Origin: Candidatus Poribacteria bacterium
GTDB lineage: Bacteria; Poribacteria; WGA-4E; WGA-3G
DNA: 64,000 nucleotides
Direction: 5' to 3'
Assembly (NCBI GenBank): GCA_965205025.1
Contig: CBDBFU010000014.1
Location: 1-64,000 of the forward strand
Position 1 is the first letter of the stretch. Every line of letters begins with the position of its first letter. Position numbers and translations under genes: made by a program. The notes below the pieces were generated by a model. It worked only from the letters and a program-made list of their open reading frames with translations, was not told where the DNA came from and searched no databases. This document shows, in pieces, positions 39,023-48,663 of the stretch.

Positions 39023-39589
39023 TTATGATATTTTCTCTTTCAAGTTGGCAGCGCGTCGTCGGGCTGCAATCATAAGGTAATGCTCTTTACAGGTATTAAC
39101 GAGTGATTCAAAGGCTTTAATTGCTTTTGTAAAATCCTGTGTTTTCACGTATGCTTCAGCTTGCCAATACAAAGATTTTGCCAATATCTCGTTGCTATCC
39201 ATTATTTCCTTTTTCTTTCCTCTTTTCTCACTCTTAATAACCTTACTGAATTGTTGAATTGCATATTCATAATTCTTATCTTCGTAGTATGCTCTTATAG
39301 CGTCTGCATAGTCGAAATTATCTGCTTCTTCATCGGTAAACTCCGGTACAACAACACGTTCAATAATTACAGGTGTATCGTCTTCTAAATCATCCTCATC
39401 GGGATAATCGTCATCATTATCATCGGGTTCTGAATCTTGATAGATGGGTGTTTCTGAATTGTCATCCTCGTCATTATCATCTATAGCGTATGTATCAAAT
39501 TCCTCATTATCAGTATATTCATTTTTGTCATCACTATCGTCAATTTCTTCTTCATCAAAGTCGTCTGTTTCGTCAATCTTGAATTCCAT
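39023..39589 (-). CDS. Tetratricopeptide-repeat protein with highly acidic N-terminus
   Basis: AGGAG RBS before ATG 39589; about 75 D/E-rich residues, then TPR helices (SLYWQAEAYVKTQDFTKAIKAFESLV). Confidence 0.75.
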   Translation of the reverse strand: MEFKIDETDDFDEEEIDDSDDKNEYTDNEEFDTYAIDDNDEDDNSETPIYQDSEPDDNDDDYPDEDDLEDDTPVIIERVVVPEFTDEEADNFDYADAIRAYYEDKNYEYAIQQFSKVIKSEKRGKKKEIMDSNEILAKSLYWQAEAYVKTQDFTKAIKAFESLVNTCKEHYLMIAARRRAANLKEKIS

Positions 39590-39747
39590 CTCATTCTCCT
39601 GAATATAGTGTTTTCCCATAAACCTGCTAAAATATACATACCTAAACACTTCATTTAGGTGTTGTTTGGTTATAGGTATATTAGAATATCATACCAGTTT
39701 TCAGGTGATAATGTCAAGAAAAACCTTGTTATTATCATAAGTATAAT

Positions 39748-39776
39748 TTGCTTAAAATAAATGTCTGAAGTATAAT
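39748..39776 (+). promoter_or_regulatory. Sigma-70-type promoter for the riboswitch leader
   Basis: TTGCTT-17 nt-TATAAT about 25 nt upstream of the aptamer. Confidence 0.65.
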
Positions 39777-39800
39777 ATAGACGTTACAACATAATATATA

Positions 39801-39973
39801 CGGTTCAGGTGCCGAAGTACGGAGAATAGGGAAGCGCGGTGAGAATCCGCCACGGCCCCGCCACTGTGAACGATTATTACCTATGTCAGGTAATTCCACT
39901 GAATATACCACTGTCAACGGTTGATGGGAAGGTACAGCGGAAAGATCGTAAGTCAGGAGACCTGCCTGGATCG
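39801..39973 (+). ncRNA. Cobalamin riboswitch
   Basis: AGGTGCC...AATAGGGAAGCGCGGTGAGAATCCGCCACGGCCCCGCCACTGTGA...CCACTG...GGGAAGGT...AAGTCAGGAGACCTGCCTG (B12 box); P1 CGGTTCAGG/CCTGGATCG. Confidence 0.93.
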
Positions 39974-40098
39974 AGTTTCACGAATCTGCTTTCGCGGGAA
40001 AGCGGTGGAACAGATGCACATCAGTATCCTCTGGTAAATAAAGAATACAAGTATATTCAGGATTTCCGGATTCAAAAGACACAGATTGTCGCCTTTGT

Positions 40099-40134
40099 CC
40101 CCTGTCTTTCAGTGAAAGCAGGGGTTTCTTTTTT
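40099..40134 (+). terminator. Riboswitch expression-platform terminator
   Basis: CCCCTG(T)CTTTC-AGT-GAAAGCAGGGG followed by TTTCTTTTTT; an upstream hairpin CTGCTTTCGCGGGAAAGCGG (39986-40005) could pair alternatively. Confidence 0.75.
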
Positions 40135-40150
40135 CATTACGGAGGTTTTA

Positions 40151-41449
40151 ATGAAAACAGGTTTTTTGTTTTGGCGACATTGTTTTTTCAACACTAACCA
40201 AAAATTACATTCGCTCGTAATCCTTGGAGCAATTTTACTTACACTCCTCGTTAGTTCCGCTATAGCACAGACAGAAGTCCAGAATATTGCTATTGCAGTA
40301 AATGCATTGGATAAAGACGATTGGGAGGTCACGTCTTCTCTTTCAATTATTGACCTTGATGACCCTGATCTAAAACGAGCAATTGACAAAGAGGTCATTT
40401 CTATAGGTGATGTTCCCACCAGTATACTTATTCATGGACATCTCGCCTATGTTTCACGTTTCGATTGGTTATCGGGGATGTTTAGCGATAACATTCTTAT
40501 TATCAATTTGGAACACAGAGAGATAATAGACACTATTCCTATTGCGTCAGGATCATACCCACAAAGTCTTGCACTCGTTAATTCCAATAAGATGTATGTT
40601 ACCTGTGATAATTCTCATGAGGTGCATGTAGTAAATATTGGATCCCGTAGGGTAACCAAGGTTATCACAGACTCATCCTTTAATAAAACCACTGGTCTTA
40701 CGATACTAAACGGGAAAGCGTATGCTACCAATCCTGCATGGGAATGGGATGCAGATGCAGGTAAATCTGTATATTATCAAAGTAGTGTTACAGTAATTGA
40801 TACACAAACAGATTCCGTCATTAAATCTATACCGATGCCAATAAATGCCGGTGGTATTCTCAATGATGGCGAATCTACTGTAATAGTTAAAACGACAGGT
40901 AATTACGGTGATATTTCGGGGAATCTTGTGTTAATTGATGCAACGATGGATGAAATCATCAAGACGATTGACCTGAAAATGACACCCGGATCATTTGCTA
41001 TTAATTCACAGAAGCAGATATACCTTCAAGGGGGATGGCCGAACCGAGGTCTACTCATCTACGATGTACCGAGTCAAATGTGGATTCGAGATAAGAATGA
41101 TAGACTCGAAGAGTTTGGTGGTGGATCTGGAATGACATTCGGTCCAGATGGCAATCTCTATATTACCAAGCCAGATTGGACTGGTCGTGGTTTGTCTACG
41201 ATGCTGGTGATGGGACCGGATGAGACACTCCTCAAGACTTATGAGCTTGGACACGGAACTGATAGGGTCGCACTAGCACAGATTATACCTCGAAATGAAG
41301 ATGTTAACGACGATGGTTTCGTTGACATCAAAGATCTGATAATTGTTGGTCAGTCTTTTGGACAACGAGGTCCAGCTATTGAGGGCGATATTAACATGGA
41401 TGGAGAGGTTAATATCTTAGACTTAGTTCTTGTGGTTCAGCACTTCTAA
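40151..41449 (+). CDS. Secreted YncE/BtuG-like beta-propeller with C-terminal dockerin-like (EF-hand) domain
   Basis: GGAGG RBS at 40141; signal peptide ending SSAIA; blades such as PQSLALVNSNKMYVT and SSVTVIDTQTDSVIKSI; DVNDDGFVDIKDL...GDINMDGEVNILDL. Confidence 0.85.
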   Translation: MKTGFLFWRHCFFNTNQKLHSLVILGAILLTLLVSSAIAQTEVQNIAIAVNALDKDDWEVTSSLSIIDLDDPDLKRAIDKEVISIGDVPTSILIHGHLAYVSRFDWLSGMFSDNILIINLEHREIIDTIPIASGSYPQSLALVNSNKMYVTCDNSHEVHVVNIGSRRVTKVITDSSFNKTTGLTILNGKAYATNPAWEWDADAGKSVYYQSSVTVIDTQTDSVIKSIPMPINAGGILNDGESTVIVKTTGNYGDISGNLVLIDATMDEIIKTIDLKMTPGSFAINSQKQIYLQGGWPNRGLLIYDVPSQMWIRDKNDRLEEFGGGSGMTFGPDGNLYITKPDWTGRGLSTMLVMGPDETLLKTYELGHGTDRVALAQIIPRNEDVNDDGFVDIKDLIIVGQSFGQRGPAIEGDINMDGEVNILDLVLVVQHF

Positions 41450-41658
41450 ACACTTACGTCTGGTGTGTAGAGAATGCAAAGATCCCTACTAATTCTATCT
41501 AATACCATATCCATAAATGTTTATCCCATGAATAGTTGTAAATCATGTCTTGAAATACCGCACACACTGAATGTTTATGCTACATTAAAGAGACTTTACT
41601 TATCAGAAATGGTATAACCTATAATTCACTTTCATCAATTGATGTAAAGGTTTCTATT

Positions 41659-43569
41659 ATGGAAAAATGGGGATTTTTGCTATTCCTACCAATACTATTT
41701 GTCGGTTGTACATCGGAACTCGTAAACCACTCTAATCTATGGCAAATTACATTTTCTCCACTCGGTGCCAATATTCAATTTACTGAAAATGCTCCGATTA
41801 AGAAGGTGTCTACCTACAATTCTGATGGGACAATGGTTGCTCAGATAAGTTTTCCATCACATCCTCGACAAATAGAATCTCTCTATTTTGAATGGAAAGA
41901 GGGGGAAAGTTATAGATTTGAAGCAACCTTGTCCACAGATCAGGTCAACGTTAAAACAGTGTCAACCCCACGTGACTTTTCTCAAGGTGATTTAGAAATA
42001 GCCATTCCTTACGGTACAAGAAATATCTCTACACAGCAATACTCGGTAGAAAGCAAGCAGAAAGCACTCCTTCTACAAGGTAGTGAGATGACAGTTACAA
42101 TCATCGTTAAAAACGGAAATTCCCCTGCTACATTCGACCTTGAATTATGTGTGCCAGAAACATTGGAAGTTATCCTTGCTCCAGAAAAATGGAATGCTGA
42201 AACAAAAGACGACCTAATCTGTTATTCAGTGAACGATTCACTTGCTGTTGCATTTGAGGTATGGCACCGTGATTTGGTTGTGAAGACACCAGAACTTTCA
42301 ATGGTTGAAATGGGGAAATTGGAAAATCAAGAAATATCTGCTGTTGTTCGGTTTACAACAGCAGATGGAAGGGAATGGGAGCAGAAGAGATCGGTACAAT
42401 TACATATAGCAACTGTCCCTGAAATCTCTCAATTTCTATCCATAGAATCTATAAAAATGCCAACAGATGCAGCGGGTAAAGTTGATGCCAAACAGCGAGA
42501 AGATTCTATTTACTATTCCCGTCCTTTGTTTGGTTGGCTTTCAACACTTCAAACTGATGAATATACCCCAATAAGTTATCAAACAGTCCATATCCGAAAT
42601 CAGATTGACGAGACAATTCATGTTGTTGTCACTTCAATAAACCGTGAAATAACAACTGGTGAAGCGGTTCGTTTTCTTGCTCCACCAGATGAAGTAAATG
42701 CTGGAACAGATCGTAGTGTTAGTTTCGCGAGTCTCGCACCGGGTGAACAGACTCCAATACCCTTGCCGATCTATTTTCATGGGCATTTAGCGAAAGCAGG
42801 TGAATATGAACGTGAGATAGCAGTTAAAATTTGGGGAAGTGATACAACTGTTCTCAGTGAAAAGAGAGCGCTACATATTATTGTTCCAAACCGACATGCC
42901 TTATTCGTGAGTGGATTGGCAATCCTTGCGAGTTCCATCGGTCTTGTAGTTTTACTAAGGTATCATAGACAATTTTTCACTCGTTTTACAACGAAGCAGT
43001 TAATTGTCATCGCTCTGTTCGGTACCACGATTTTTGTTGCAGTTGTTGTACCGTCTACACTTTTTCTGAATCTAAGCCGAGTTATTCTTGGACCTTTTTC
43101 TGGACTGTTAACCGGTCTTATTAATGAGACACTCTACTATGCCTTACTCACTGCATTGTTGATCTATATTTACGGTTCTCCTCATGATAAGTCAGAAAAA
43201 AATCTACAAGTATCTAACAAAGGAGGCGTAATCCTTCTCGTTTCTGCAGTACGATTACTACTCGGGGGTATTACATTCGGTCTGTTTACTCCGATGACGA
43301 TTATCTACACTGGGACAAGTGTTATTTTGTTAGAAATGGGTTTTTTCTTTGTTCGGAGACGCGGTTTACTGGTCTGGGCACTTGTTCTCGGAGTATGTGA
43401 TGCGATTGCAGTTTATGTAGATTTTCAACTTTCAATTCTGTTCTATCGGCTTTTTTTCGCATATTGGTATATTGTATTACGAATATTTATTGAAGGATTT
43501 GCTTATACATTCATCGGTGTATTACTGGGTGCAAAATTAGGAAAGGGTCTATGGAAAGTTGTAGATTAG
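41659..43569 (+). CDS. Lipoprotein-like extracellular domain fused to an ECF S-component-like membrane domain
   Basis: Lipobox FVGC; about 400-aa soluble region; then about 7 TM helices, including RFTTKQLIVIALFG and ending FIGVLLGAKLGKGL. Confidence 0.7.
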   Translation: MEKWGFLLFLPILFVGCTSELVNHSNLWQITFSPLGANIQFTENAPIKKVSTYNSDGTMVAQISFPSHPRQIESLYFEWKEGESYRFEATLSTDQVNVKTVSTPRDFSQGDLEIAIPYGTRNISTQQYSVESKQKALLLQGSEMTVTIIVKNGNSPATFDLELCVPETLEVILAPEKWNAETKDDLICYSVNDSLAVAFEVWHRDLVVKTPELSMVEMGKLENQEISAVVRFTTADGREWEQKRSVQLHIATVPEISQFLSIESIKMPTDAAGKVDAKQREDSIYYSRPLFGWLSTLQTDEYTPISYQTVHIRNQIDETIHVVVTSINREITTGEAVRFLAPPDEVNAGTDRSVSFASLAPGEQTPIPLPIYFHGHLAKAGEYEREIAVKIWGSDTTVLSEKRALHIIVPNRHALFVSGLAILASSIGLVVLLRYHRQFFTRFTTKQLIVIALFGTTIFVAVVVPSTLFLNLSRVILGPFSGLLTGLINETLYYALLTALLIYIYGSPHDKSEKNLQVSNKGGVILLVSAVRLLLGGITFGLFTPMTIIYTGTSVILLEMGFFFVRRRGLLVWALVLGVCDAIAVYVDFQLSILFYRLFFAYWYIVLRIFIEGFAYTFIGVLLGAKLGKGLWKVVD

Positions 43570-43759
43570 GTCAGAAGATATTAGAGCATATATCATAAAT
43601 CATATATTTTGAGGATTCTTCAATATTTCCATTTACTATATATTGAACAACGGACGGGAGATCCATCCTTACGTAGAGGAATTATGTCCATACGAACGAG
43701 TTGTATTTGTGAGATACACTGAATATACATCTGAAATTAATAATCATAAGGAAACAAAA

Positions 43760-45412
43760 ATGAAACTATTCAAAAAACTCAGTCTGATGTTATTACTAAT
43801 TATCTTACCCACCAGCATAGTCATGGCTGATTTTAATGTGGTTTGGGTTCGAACAGGAATTGTTCTTGAATCTGAGACGAAAGATGATTTTGAAACTAAT
43901 ATAAGGATTGAAGTTGGACAGCAAGATGATGCTTTTGAAACCGTTAAATCTATAAGACTTGATGATAAACGCATCTTATTACAATCAACATGGCAAGCAG
44001 GTAAAACATATACGATCCGCGTGGATAAAAATACAATTAAGGTTACATCACCACTAAAACCCCAACCTTATCTCATCCATACGATAGAGTTAGATGGATT
44101 ATTATCTTTGTTGGAAAACCTGCGACAACCCGCCAAACCCACTGCAATAGCATTTAGCAATAGAACAGATGAGTTAAAACTGGCTATTGCTACAGATAGA
44201 GGACATATCGCAATACTAAGATCTATAACTGGAGAAACTATATGGAAAACACGGATCTCTGAAGGATATGTTAGACAGATCACATTTAGTGCAGATGATT
44301 CGCTACTTTATGTTGGAGAACAGGCTACCGACGGTTTTGTCTATTGTTATGAATTGTCAAGTGATCCACCGAATCTTCGTTGGAAATATCGCACGGCAGA
44401 TGATATTGAAACATCTACTCCCACTGATCCTGATAGCGTATATGCTTGGGTCAGTTATCCCGGACAATCTTGCATGAAGGCATTGCCGAACGGGGATCTC
44501 TTAGTATCGGGTGTTCATTCCTGGACAAGAGAAGAAAAACCTGAAAAACGTTCTATACTCTATAGGTTTGATTCACAGACTGGTCAGGTGAAGTGGAAAT
44601 ATCCGAGTGAAGAACCGATACAGAAGATATATCGATGGTTTGATGTGAGTGAGGATGGAAAGACACTTGCACTTCTTACAGATGATAGTGGTAATGGAAA
44701 CGGGATGTTATCTGTTTTTGATGTTGAAACTGGCACTGAAAATTGGTCTTCAGAAGTTGAACCATTGACACCATATTTTAAAGGGGTAACTTTTTGGCGT
44801 GGGGTTAGTATGTCGCCTAATGGGAAGTCAATCAATGTGACAACCGATGATGGACGCGCCTTCATTTTTGATGTAGAAAAATCGGAACCAATATGGCAAG
44901 AGAAATTAGCTTCACCATTAGAGGTGAGTGGTGTCCCAATTATCGCTACAACTGGAACAATTGGATCAACGGACACACATGCTCTCTTTGTTACAGGAGA
45001 CACATATATACCATACCATCTTCAAAAAGGAGCACAACGTCCATCTACAATGCATCCTAATGGGATGACCTTATTTGCGTTTTCGTGGAGTGGTGAAAAG
45101 AAATGGCAGTGGAAGCTTGAGAATATGCCACAAGGATTACGAATTGATGGACAAAACCGTTATGCTGCATTAGGAGTCTCAAAACGGAGTAAGAATCCTA
45201 AGGAAAGTCTTCACGGTGTGTCGGTTTTTGATCTGTCTGCTGAAGGAAGTGGTTTATCAAAATATCTTTTTACCTATCGTACTGAAGGGCAACTTCCCTA
45301 TGATACACTTGCGATTAGTTCTGATGGTTCAGTTATTGCCATAGTAGAAATGCCGATTTCATTACCAGATGATACTCTACTTGGTAAAAATCAGGTTCAT
45401 CTGTTATATTAA
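43760..45412 (+). CDS. Secreted PQQ/BamB-like beta-propeller protein
   Basis: Signal peptide MKLFKKLSL...SIVMA; repeated TGxxxW blades (TGETIWK, TGQVKWKY, TGTENW, SGEKKWQW). Start moved to ATG 43760. Confidence 0.82.
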   Translation: MKLFKKLSLMLLLIILPTSIVMADFNVVWVRTGIVLESETKDDFETNIRIEVGQQDDAFETVKSIRLDDKRILLQSTWQAGKTYTIRVDKNTIKVTSPLKPQPYLIHTIELDGLLSLLENLRQPAKPTAIAFSNRTDELKLAIATDRGHIAILRSITGETIWKTRISEGYVRQITFSADDSLLYVGEQATDGFVYCYELSSDPPNLRWKYRTADDIETSTPTDPDSVYAWVSYPGQSCMKALPNGDLLVSGVHSWTREEKPEKRSILYRFDSQTGQVKWKYPSEEPIQKIYRWFDVSEDGKTLALLTDDSGNGNGMLSVFDVETGTENWSSEVEPLTPYFKGVTFWRGVSMSPNGKSINVTTDDGRAFIFDVEKSEPIWQEKLASPLEVSGVPIIATTGTIGSTDTHALFVTGDTYIPYHLQKGAQRPSTMHPNGMTLFAFSWSGEKKWQWKLENMPQGLRIDGQNRYAALGVSKRSKNPKESLHGVSVFDLSAEGSGLSKYLFTYRTEGQLPYDTLAISSDGSVIAIVEMPISLPDDTLLGKNQVHLLY

Positions 45413-45430
45413 CTATTGATATCCTTAGTG

Positions 45431-45459
45431 TTGACAGATGCAGTTTCCAAAAGTATACT
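45431..45459 (+). promoter_or_regulatory. Sigma-70-type promoter
   Basis: TTGACA-17 nt-TATACT upstream of 45536. Confidence 0.65.
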
Positions 45460-45535
45460 TGTAATGTTTATAGTAAAGCATTCCTATGGAATACCTTTAT
45501 ATACACCTTAAAGTTGCGTAGTACTGCTAAAAGGA

Positions 45536-46747
45536 ATGGAAATGCGGCATTTTACAGATGAAGAGTTATTGCAAATAATTGAAGATGATGAATCTGATCG
45601 TGTGGAGTTCAAGGAATCATTATCTGGTGATGCTCCTGAGAAAATTAGGATGGCTATCTGTGCATTTTCTAACGATCTTCCCAACCATGGGCAACCGGGT
45701 TTTATTTTTCTCGGTGTAAAACCCGACAGTACGATTGTTGGATTCCAGGTGACAGATGAATTACTCAGACGTTTAGGAGATATGAAAACAGATGGAAATA
45801 TTCTCCCTCCGCCATCACTGACTGTTGAAAAACGGGAATTACAGGAAAAAGAAATTGCTATTGTAAAAGTGGAACCCTCTAATTCTCCACCGGTAAGATT
45901 TAAAGGTGTCATCCATATCCGGACGGGTTCTCGTCAAGACATTGCAAATGCTCAAGATGAAAGAATACTCAATGAAAAACGTCGATACGGTGAACGGCCA
46001 TTTGACTTATACTCTATTCCATCTTCTATAATATCCGATCTAAATCTTCCATTATTTAATTACGAATATCTTCCTCAGTCTGTTTCTCAAGAAATCTTAG
46101 AACAGAATGAAAGAACTCTAAATGAGCAATTAGCAGCAACAAAGATGATAGCCTCCGTGGATGAACCTATACCTACAGTGCTTGGAATTTTGACACTTGG
46201 AAAGAGTCCACAAGATTTTCTACACGGTGCATATATCCAGTTCCTAAGAATTGATGGAAATGAACTAACAGATGAGATTATTGACAGTGAAGATATCAGA
46301 GGTGCAATTTCTGACCAGATACGTCGATTAGATGAGAAATTGATGGGGCATAATCGAGTTGCGGTTGATATTACTTCTGGTCCAGTTGAGAAGCGAACTG
46401 CCGATTATCCTTTAGAAGCACTGCAGCAGATTACTCGAAATGCTATTATGCACAGAACTTATGAAGGTACAAACGCACCTGTTCGGGTTAGTTGGTTTAA
46501 TAATAGAATAGAGGTGTTAAGTCCAGGTGGTCCTTACGGAACAATCTCAGCAGAGAACTTTGGGGAGTCAGGATTAGCAGAATACCGTAATCCAAATCTT
46601 GCTGAAGCTATGAGAACACTTGGTTATGTTCAACGTTTCGGTGTTGGTATATCCATAAGCAGAAGACTCCTTCAAACTGCAGGTCATCCAGAATTAGAGT
46701 TTGAAGTAATCACAAATTATGTTAGGGCAACTATATTGTCAACCTGA
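45536..46747 (+). CDS. Schlafen/AlbA_2 domain protein with HATPase-like (RecG C-terminal type) domain
   Basis: ESDRVEFKES, ICAFSN, GFIFLGV; ALQQITRNAIMHRTY, IEVLSPGG, YRNPNLAE, GYVQRFGVGI. Confidence 0.88.
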   Translation: MEMRHFTDEELLQIIEDDESDRVEFKESLSGDAPEKIRMAICAFSNDLPNHGQPGFIFLGVKPDSTIVGFQVTDELLRRLGDMKTDGNILPPPSLTVEKRELQEKEIAIVKVEPSNSPPVRFKGVIHIRTGSRQDIANAQDERILNEKRRYGERPFDLYSIPSSIISDLNLPLFNYEYLPQSVSQEILEQNERTLNEQLAATKMIASVDEPIPTVLGILTLGKSPQDFLHGAYIQFLRIDGNELTDEIIDSEDIRGAISDQIRRLDEKLMGHNRVAVDITSGPVEKRTADYPLEALQQITRNAIMHRTYEGTNAPVRVSWFNNRIEVLSPGGPYGTISAENFGESGLAEYRNPNLAEAMRTLGYVQRFGVGISISRRLLQTAGHPELEFEVITNYVRATILST

Positions 46748-46764
46748 ATTGGAGATTAATTGAA

Positions 46765-47793
46765 ATGTCTGTTCCAATATTAACATTCTTTAATAACAAA
46801 GGTGGCGTTGGTAAAACCTCTCTTGTCTATCATCTCGCCTGGATGTTCTATGATCTTGGGTATCGTGTCCTTGCATGTGACCTTGATCCTCAGGCAAATC
46901 TCACAAGTATGTTTTTACATGAGGAACGACTTGAAGTGTTATGGACTGAGGAGGGGGATAGAAAAACTATCTATAATGCACTACTACCCCTTTTAAATGG
47001 TACAGGGGACATTAAACATGCACATTTGGAAAATATTACTCATGGGGTATTCAGACAAGAGTTAAGTCTTATTGTTGGAGATCTTATGTTATCATCGGCA
47101 GAAGACGAACTCTCAAGACAATGGCCAGAATGCTTAGATCGACGAACTCGTGCTTTCCGTGTAATTTCAGCACTCTGGAGAATATTGCAAAATGCTGCAA
47201 ATGAACGAGATGTTGATATTATCTTGGTGGATGTAGGACCTAATTTAGGAGCACTGAATAGAGCTGTTTTAGTAGCTACAGACTATGTTATTGTACCACT
47301 TGGGGCAGACCTATTCTCTCTTCAAGGGTTAAGAAATCTTGGTCCTACATTACAGAATTGGCGTGATGGATGGAAAGATAGACGTAACCGAAATCCTGAT
47401 CCTGACTTACCTATGCCAGAAGGTAAAATTACACCAATTGGCTATGTCGTTCAACAGTATAGTGTCCGTTTGGACCGTCCAGTTTTGGCTTATGATAAAT
47501 GGGTTAATCGAATGCCAGCAGAATATTCTCGAAATCTATTAAGGGACAAAACTGGACCATATGCAAAAACACCTGAAGAAGATAAGAAGAACTCTCTTGG
47601 GACTGTCAAGCACTATAGAAGTCTCGTTCCAATGGCACAGGAAGCACGTAAACCTATTTTCCATTTAAAGCCAGTTGATGGGGCAATCGGAGCACATGCA
47701 AGTGCTGCCGAATCGGCATATCACGATTTCAAAATCTTAGCTGAGAAAGTAGTGAAAAGAATTGACATTAATACTACCATTTCACTTGAATAG
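46765..47793 (+). CDS. ParA/Soj-family ATPase (orphan, no ParB)
   Basis: FNNKGGVGKTS, DLDPQANLT, DVGPNLGALNRA. Confidence 0.9.
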   Translation: MSVPILTFFNNKGGVGKTSLVYHLAWMFYDLGYRVLACDLDPQANLTSMFLHEERLEVLWTEEGDRKTIYNALLPLLNGTGDIKHAHLENITHGVFRQELSLIVGDLMLSSAEDELSRQWPECLDRRTRAFRVISALWRILQNAANERDVDIILVDVGPNLGALNRAVLVATDYVIVPLGADLFSLQGLRNLGPTLQNWRDGWKDRRNRNPDPDLPMPEGKITPIGYVVQQYSVRLDRPVLAYDKWVNRMPAEYSRNLLRDKTGPYAKTPEEDKKNSLGTVKHYRSLVPMAQEARKPIFHLKPVDGAIGAHASAAESAYHDFKILAEKVVKRIDINTTISLE

Positions 47794-48306
47794 TATGTAG
47801 AGTTCCTATACAAGCTCGATATAATTGTGCTAATTTGATTATAGACAAGACTAAATTCCACGTTATTACCCTTTATTTCGCTACTAACCATAATTAACAA
47901 ACATCACCACTCATGAATAGTCCTATTACCACCTTAAACAATAATGAATAGGTGTGAATCCTTGCTAATATAGGGTTTATTTGTATTTAAACTTTATGAA
48001 TTCAGTAACCGTTTGATTTAATCAAACGTATATATAGGAAACATACGGTAATATTGCGTTTTAGCAAGGTCACCTAAATGTTGAATGTTCTCAGAATTGA
48101 GTCGTACCTTGACAGCGGTAAAATTCTGAATAACAGACGGAACCACATTACGTTTTTACTTAATATTATTGTATATAGTAAAATTAATCCATAGTAGTAA
48201 GGTTTCATTGAAATTACATTTCAGTCACTGTATTTACTCACAATAGGTTCTAATGATCCTTAGGGAGTTTTGACTGAAAAACTTAATTATAAAAGGAAGT
48301 TAAATC

Positions 48307-48591
48307 ATGGCAAAGAAATTGATGAAGGATGACATTATCAACAGCGTCGTTGACAAAACTGGTTTGAGCAAAAAAGATGCTGGGTCAGCTGTTGAAGCGT
48401 TCACCTCTACAGTCCAGGATGCCTTGAAAAAAGGTAATTCCATTGGTCTTATCGGCTTTGGAACTTTTGAAGTCAGAACTCGTGCTGCTCGTGAAGGACG
48501 CAACCCCCAAACAGGCGAAGCCCTTAAGATTCCTAAGAAGAAGGTCCCCGCATTTAAAGCCGGTAAAAAACTTAAAGACGCTGTCTCCTAA
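48307..48591 (+). CDS. hup: DNA-binding protein HU
   Basis: LIGFGTFEV, RAAREGRNPQTGE, VPAFKAGKKLKDAV. Confidence 0.96.
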   Translation: MAKKLMKDDIINSVVDKTGLSKKDAGSAVEAFTSTVQDALKKGNSIGLIGFGTFEVRTRAAREGRNPQTGEALKIPKKKVPAFKAGKKLKDAVS

Positions 48592-48607
48592 GAGTTGGCT
48601 TGCTTGT

Positions 48608-48663
48608 AAAAAAGTCGTTGTATGGCATTCTATCCCTGATATGGTGTCTACTTCGACTTTTTT
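48608..48663 (+). terminator. Putative terminator after hup
   Basis: AAAAAAGTCG ... CGACTTTTTT with additional inner pairing. Confidence 0.5.

Noticed and set aside
39839-40150. 104-aa N-terminal extension of the 536-aa ORF, and antisense ORF 39735..39917
   Set aside because: These overlap the cobalamin riboswitch and terminator; the real start is ATG 40151 with a GGAGG RBS.
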